Shown here in pieces: positions 50,159 through 54,871 of a stretch of DNA of 54,871 bases. This DNA is from Desulfurococcales archaeon (GTDB taxonomy: Archaea; Thermoproteota; Thermoprotei_A; Sulfolobales; NBVN01): the NCBI GenBank assembly GCA_027002995.1, contig JALWZB010000087.1, positions 1 to 54,871 of the forward strand, read 5' to 3'. The position numbers were made by a program, and so were the translations under genes. The notes under the pieces are model-generated. The model made no database searches, was not told where the DNA came from, and worked only from the letters and a program-made list of their open reading frames with translations. How positions within the stretch are numbered: the first letter of the stretch is position 1; every line of letters begins with the position of its first letter.

Positions 50159-50527
50159 TTGGCTGTGAACAAGGAGGAAATACGGAAAAGGGTCATAGAG
50201 GCCCTGAAGCAGGTTTACGACCCGGAAATACCGATCAATGTGTGGGACCTAGGGTTAATTTACGATATCAACGTCACTGATGATGGAGTCGTGAATATTA
50301 AGATGACGCTCACAGCACCCGGTTGTCCCCTTGCAAACATGATAGTTTACAGGGTTTACTTAGCGATCCAAAATGTTGAAGGCGTTAAGGACGTGAATGT
50401 GGATGTAGTGTTCGATCCTCCCTGGGATCCAACTAAGATGACACCTGAAGGGCGCCGGAAGTTCAAGGAGTTAATGGGATACGACATCGTTGAAACGTAT
50501 GAGAGTAGCAAGAGGGGAGGAAGTTGA
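50159..50527 (+). CDS. DUF59/SufT Fe-S cluster assembly factor
   Basis: VYDPEIPINVWDLGLIY, MTLTAPGCP, FDPPW. Confidence 0.93.
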   Translation: MAVNKEEIRKRVIEALKQVYDPEIPINVWDLGLIYDINVTDDGVVNIKMTLTAPGCPLANMIVYRVYLAIQNVEGVKDVNVDVVFDPPWDPTKMTPEGRRKFKELMGYDIVETYESSKRGGS

Positions 50528-51036
50528 GCCCTGTTGAAGAACACAGGAAAGCCGCAGAAAGCTTAGTGGTTCGCTTCTGTGCTGTCGTAACCAGCGACGC
50601 TGTTTACGAGGGGCGGCGACGAGATGAGGTAACGCCACTCGTGGCTTCCTTAGTGACTGACGCTGGACACATACTCGTTAATGCTGTCATCGTTCCGAAT
50701 AAGCGTGAGGAGATAAGGAAAGCTATTACTGTGGCAGCAAAGGAATGTGATGTGGTCATAGTCACAGGAGGTACGGGGATAAGCCGGAAGGACTTGTCTG
50801 TGGATGTCGCGAAGGAATTATGTGTTAAGGACTTACCTGGGTTTGGAGAGCTCTTCAGATACTTAACGTTCACGAAGCATGGTACGGCGGCAATAGCTAC
50901 TCGTGCGTTCGCCTGTGTTACTGACTCTGCATTAATCTTCGTTACGCCGGGCTCCAAGGACGCCGTTAGGATGGCGCTTAACGAGTTAATTCTGCCTGAA
51001 GTCAAGCACCTCGTGTACGAGACCAGGAAGTCCTAG
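50524..51036 (+). CDS. moaB: Molybdopterin adenylyltransferase MoaB/Mog family
   Basis: VTSD, TGGTGISRKD, LPGFGELFR, PGS. Confidence 0.9.
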   Translation: MSPVEEHRKAAESLVVRFCAVVTSDAVYEGRRRDEVTPLVASLVTDAGHILVNAVIVPNKREEIRKAITVAAKECDVVIVTGGTGISRKDLSVDVAKELCVKDLPGFGELFRYLTFTKHGTAAIATRAFACVTDSALIFVTPGSKDAVRMALNELILPEVKHLVYETRKS

Positions 51037-51454
51037 CAATCCGCGACGTAGTTAATTATTTTCCCTAGCCACAGCATATTCTCAGAGGAGCTAGGGATTG
51101 AGTAGTCATTAACTCGTGACGTTGTCCCTTCAATAACGTTGCCGTTATAGTTTTCACTATTGCCTTGACATCGCTATCTCTATCATTGTTCTGGTTGCGG
51201 TTTTAGCCTCTACCATCACCACGATCCTAGCCATTATTCCTGCCACGGTCCTTGAAAGCTGTCTAGGTAGCAATCTCGCTACCTGTACTCGCTAATGGGT
51301 ACTAGCCTAAACATGGGCTTCACTATTAAGATTAAGGCAGGACTATGCAGGATGGCCAACTCATGTCTGGCGAAAATAACCCTGTTCCTCGAGATACTGA
51401 GGTATTAACTCGCATCTAATGTATTGGGTAGAAGACAAGGTTCAACGGCCTTAA

Positions 51455-52051
51455 ATGTGGGGCGTGTTGGAGGTTCTTCCTAAACCTTTAAAGCCTCTAC
51501 CGCAGGATAGTATTCATGGCGCTCGGGCCTTGACTCTATTAGAGGTTATCCGCCTACCTCGTAGCATCGCTCAACGCCTCCGCACGGAAGCCGAGAGGCA
51601 GGGTATGGGGCTGGAAGAGTACCTCGTGGAGCTTGCTACGCAGGACCTAGACCCGCCAGAGAGGGCGCGAGAATACGTTGAAGCGGCGCGAGAACTCTTA
51701 GAGCAGGCCCGCGAAGAGCTGGGAGAGGGTGATGTAAGGCAGGCTGCGGAGAAGGTCTGGGGCGCTACGGCACTGGCGGTCAAAGCATACGCAGCCTGGA
51801 GGGAGGGGAGGAGGCTTACCAGCCACGGGGAGCTGTGGAGGTACACTCTAGTACTACGTAGAGAGCTTGGGAAATGGGTTAGCAATGCATGGAATGCTGG
51901 AAACAGCATGCACACCTGCTTCTACGAAGGGTGGTGTAGCAGGGAACACGTAGAAGACGCAATTGAGGAAATAGAGAGGCTAGTAAAAATCATCGAAGAG
52001 AAGATTAAAAAAGCCGCACGAAACCACAACCGGAACAGCCCCGAGGCATAA
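51455..52051 (+). CDS. PaREP1-family (HEPN-like) protein
   Basis: GDVRQAAEKVWGA, SHGELW, MHTCFYEG; start probably near 51530. Confidence 0.88.
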   Translation: MWGVLEVLPKPLKPLPQDSIHGARALTLLEVIRLPRSIAQRLRTEAERQGMGLEEYLVELATQDLDPPERAREYVEAARELLEQAREELGEGDVRQAAEKVWGATALAVKAYAAWREGRRLTSHGELWRYTLVLRRELGKWVSNAWNAGNSMHTCFYEGWCSREHVEDAIEEIERLVKIIEEKIKKAARNHNRNSPEA

Positions 52052-52160
52052 AATCTCATCAAAGACCATTGATGGAGGCTTAATAGGGGTAGCTCCCTAG
52101 CACTTAAGAAAACACAATCTTGGTCTCAAAAATGTGTGGTAAAGGGGCTAGTCGCATGTT

Positions 52161-52421
52161 ATGCGTCTGAGAATCAATGAGTTGGCGAGGGCACTGGTAA
52201 AGCTCGATGATCTGCTGGATAAACACCGTATTGGATACGCTGTCGTTGGTGGCTAGGCATACCGTCTCCTAGGCGTGCCCACGGTCGAGCCGAGTGACAT
52301 CGACATCCTCGTGAGCGGAGAGGATATGATGAAGCTGAACGCCATAATCCGTCGGAAGCGAAATATTACCGTGCCTGAACCGATAAGGTGGCGAGAGGAG
52401 GGTGTGGTTAAAGGGTTGAAT
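52161..52421 (+). pseudogene. Nucleotidyltransferase remnant with internal stop, truncated at the IS left end
   Basis: MRLRINELARALVKLDDLLDKHRIGYAVVGG*AYRLLGVPTVEPSDIDILV; TAG at 52254-52256. Confidence 0.7.
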
Positions 52422-52448
52422 GGAGGCAGAAACTTTTATTAGGGTCAG

Positions 52449-53093
52449 ATGATGTCTTCAGAGAGGTTGTTGAAGCCTAGGGAGTTTTGTGGGTTTCTCG
52501 GTATTAGTTATAGGACTTTTAAGCGGTGGGTTTCTGAGGGGAGGATACGGGTTGTTAGAACACCCACGGGGAGAATAAGAGTGCCGTATTCTGAAGTTGA
52601 GCGTATTCTTGGAGGAAAACTGGAAGCTAAAGAGATTAGAGCCTTAATCTATGCCCGTGTAAGCTATAGTGACCAGAAGAGCGACCTTGAGAGACAAATA
52701 CAGTACCTAACACAGTACCGCTCGGCTAAGGGATACAGGGTTATAGATGTTTTAAGCGATGTTGCTAGTGGTCTTAGGACTAACCGTAAAGGCTTGCTAA
52801 AGCTCTTCAACTACGTGGTCAATAGGCAAGCAGACGTGGTGGTAATCACTTACAAGGATAGGCTCACTAGGTCCGGCTTCGAGTACCTTGAGTACTTCTT
52901 CAAACAACATGGTGTAAAGATCGAAGTTGTCTATGGTGATGAGCCTAAGGATGCTTACCAAGAGCTTGTAGAGGATTTGATAGCAATTGTGACATCTTTT
53001 GCTAGTAAGCTCTACGGGTTGAGAAGCCGTAAGAAAAAGAAGCTTGTGCAAGGCTCCAAGAATCTCCTAGAACAGGATGAGAAGAATGACTAG
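52449..53093 (+). CDS. tnpA: IS607 serine transposase
   Basis: MerR-like HTH, YARVS..DQ, DVASG, YKDRLTR, ELVEDL. Confidence 0.94.
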   Translation: MMSSERLLKPREFCGFLGISYRTFKRWVSEGRIRVVRTPTGRIRVPYSEVERILGGKLEAKEIRALIYARVSYSDQKSDLERQIQYLTQYRSAKGYRVIDVLSDVASGLRTNRKGLLKLFNYVVNRQADVVVITYKDRLTRSGFEYLEYFFKQHGVKIEVVYGDEPKDAYQELVEDLIAIVTSFASKLYGLRSRKKKKLVQGSKNLLEQDEKND

Positions 53094-54378
53094 AGTTGCA
53101 CGGACAGTTATTGTTAAGAGTATTAAGCTTCCGAGGAAGGTGTTTAGGGTTTTCGTTGAGCTTGAGGGTATGTACCGCAACATGGTCGAGCAACTAGTGA
53201 TGTATGCTGTTAGGAATAGTGTTAAGAGCTTTATTAGGCTCAAGGCATTGAAGTACCGTGAGATAAGAAACCTCTATCCACAACTACCTTCACATTACGT
53301 TTATACTGCATGTCAGGACGCTAGTACTAGGGCTAAAAGCTTTCTAAGGCTAAAGAAGCTGGGCATAGCTAAGAGGGAGTACCCAGAGGTTAGGAAGGTT
53401 AGTATATGGCTTGACGACCACCTATGGAAGCCCGATGGGTATACATTCGTTAGAATAGCTACTCACAAGGGATGGGTAGCAGTAGAGCTTGAACTACATA
53501 AACAGTATTGGAGGTATGTTAATCGTGGATGGAGGCTAGCTAGTGAAGCCAAGATGAAGCTTGACAAAAAGAACAAGCAACTCATAATCTGCCTGACCTT
53601 CGTTAAAGAAGTAAAAGAGTATAAGCCTAAAGGATACTTGACTGTTGATGTTAATGAGAACAATATTACGATACTAGTTGATGGCGTGGCTTACCTCTTC
53701 GAGACCGATACCACGAAGCTTGTCCTCGGATACTATTATTGTAGAAAGAGGATTCAAGAGAGATACGATAAACTCTACGGTAAGAAATCAAGGATTAAAA
53801 GGAAAACTATGAGGAAGCTCAAGGAGAGGAAGAAAAAGAATGATATCAAGTGGAAGATAGCGAACATTATAGTTAAGACTGCTTACGAGAGAGGATATGC
53901 TGTTGTTCTTGAGAAACTGGGCAAGAAACCAGCTAGCAATATGATTGAGAGGGTGAGGGATAAGCAGCTGCGTCACAGGATATTCCAGGCGTCCTTCAAA
54001 GGTATCCAGAAAGCTATTGAGGAGAAGGCTAGGGAATATGGTGTTCCGATAATCTACGAGCCGCCGAAAGATACATCAGTCAGGTGCCCAATACACAATG
54101 CCCCGATAATCTACAGTAACGGGTCTAGAATCGGGAAATGCAGCAAAGGCGGAGAACCATGGCATCGTGACGTAGTAGCTTGCTGGAATCTCCTCCTCAA
54201 AACCCTACGGGGCAATGGGAGCAACGCTCCAAGCCCCGCAGGGCATACCCCCGTAGATGTGAGGCTCGTGCCGTTAGCCTCGAATGCCACCCATGACCCC
54301 ATAACCCTACCAAAAAGGTTATGGGCGAGGTGGAACTCCCTAGAAACGACACGAACTAACATAAAACGAATGGAATGA
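53086..54378 (+). CDS. tnpB: RNA-guided nuclease TnpB
   Basis: RuvC D (TVDVN), E (VLEKL), D (HRDVVACWN) present; TS..CP zinc-finger remnant. Confidence 0.92.
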   Translation: MTRVARTVIVKSIKLPRKVFRVFVELEGMYRNMVEQLVMYAVRNSVKSFIRLKALKYREIRNLYPQLPSHYVYTACQDASTRAKSFLRLKKLGIAKREYPEVRKVSIWLDDHLWKPDGYTFVRIATHKGWVAVELELHKQYWRYVNRGWRLASEAKMKLDKKNKQLIICLTFVKEVKEYKPKGYLTVDVNENNITILVDGVAYLFETDTTKLVLGYYYCRKRIQERYDKLYGKKSRIKRKTMRKLKERKKKNDIKWKIANIIVKTAYERGYAVVLEKLGKKPASNMIERVRDKQLRHRIFQASFKGIQKAIEEKAREYGVPIIYEPPKDTSVRCPIHNAPIIYSNGSRIGKCSKGGEPWHRDVVACWNLLLKTLRGNGSNAPSPAGHTPVDVRLVPLASNATHDPITLPKRLWARWNSLETTRTNIKRME

Positions 54379-54395
54379 ACACTTAGGGAGAAACG

Positions 54396-54871
54396 GACGC
54401 GAGAAAGTTAATTACTTTAATCGTGGATTCGGTTGCTGAGGAACTCTATAATTATGGGTTCGAGCATGTGGTCATAGCTGATAGTCACGGATACATGACT
54501 AACGTTATCTACACGGAACTCAAAACTAGTGCTTGGCTCCTTCAGGGATTCCCAAGGCCTTTCTCGATGGTGCATGGTTTAGAGAAGGAGAAGTATGATG
54601 CCGTCCTCTTCATCGGTTACCATGCCCCAGCAGGTTCAAGCGAAGCGTACCTTAGCCACACGATGAGTTCATCCACTATTCAGAGGGTCTACGTGAATGG
54701 GGAACTGGCGAGTGAGTACTACCTTAATGCTCTGTATGCGGGCGAGTACGGCGTGCCCGTAGTGATGGTTGCTGGCGACGAGGCGTTAAGGGAGCACGTG
54801 AAGAAGCACACGCCGTGGGCGGTGTTCATTCCGCTAAAGAAGGGTGTGGCGTGGTCAGCCTCCCTTAATCC
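54396..54871 (+). pseudogene. dppA: 5'-truncated D-aminopeptidase DppA (M55), runs off window
   Basis: Frame DARKLIT...IADSHG..TN...FIGYHAPAG...LSHT...VAGD. The N-terminal SxDxEG segment and the start codon are replaced by IS sequence. Confidence 0.85.

Larger units (their letters stand above)
52422..54396 (+). mobile_element. IS607-family insertion sequence (tnpA + tnpB); left end approximate
   Basis: Overlapping serine-transposase and TnpB genes. The right end is ...GGGAGAAACGG, where an unrelated frame begins. Confidence 0.88.

Noticed and set aside
51100..51300. Hydrophobic reading-frame fragments and a 7-bp hairpin after moaB
   Set aside because: Possibly a membrane-gene remnant, but no start, family motif or consistent frame
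52254..52256. In-frame TAG as possible pyrrolysine or readthrough codon
   Set aside because: The gene is also truncated by the IS, and no pyl genes are in the window; a simple nonsense mutation is more likely
1..54871. CRISPR arrays, cas genes, rRNA genes
   Set aside because: No regularly spaced repeats, cas motifs or rRNA-like sequence seen

Overview
Chromosomal window from a hyperthermophilic crenarchaeon (Thermoproteota, most like Desulfurococcales; inferred from gene content and frequent TTG/GTG starts). Most of it is housekeeping. It holds the 5' end of aglB, an ABC exporter, a CoA-biosynthesis cluster (panE, panB, PPS, PoK, coaBC), endonuclease IV, the proteasome/exosome superoperon through xpf and EF-2, a K+-independent H+-PPase, cobO, ahcY, ppdK, glnA and a thiolase/DUF35 operon. 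At the right end an IS607-family tnpA/tnpB element sits between two broken genes. The outstanding locus is 14591-16083 (minus strand), an initiator tRNA-Met(CAU) gene broken into four exons of 38, 2, 20 and 17 nt. Its 5' and 3' halves lie about 1.36 kb apart with a two-motif LAGLIDADG homing-endonuclease gene between them. The halves are joined by complementary GC-rich trailer/leader sequences forming a bulge-helix-bulge at 37/38, and the 3' half appears to have its own TATA promoter. The 3' half also carries two short BHB introns (39/40 and 59/60), and the 39/40 one must be removed before the halves can join. This looks like an intermediate between a mobile endonuclease-encoding intron and a trans-spliced split tRNA. 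Two ORFs are missing from the ORF track (a Cren7-like/DUF5679 zinc-ribbon gene and a CTG-start DUF3194-like gene), the CitG-like gene is truncated there and probably starts at CTG, and one candidate ncRNA was found. All family assignments come from motif recognition, with no database searches run.
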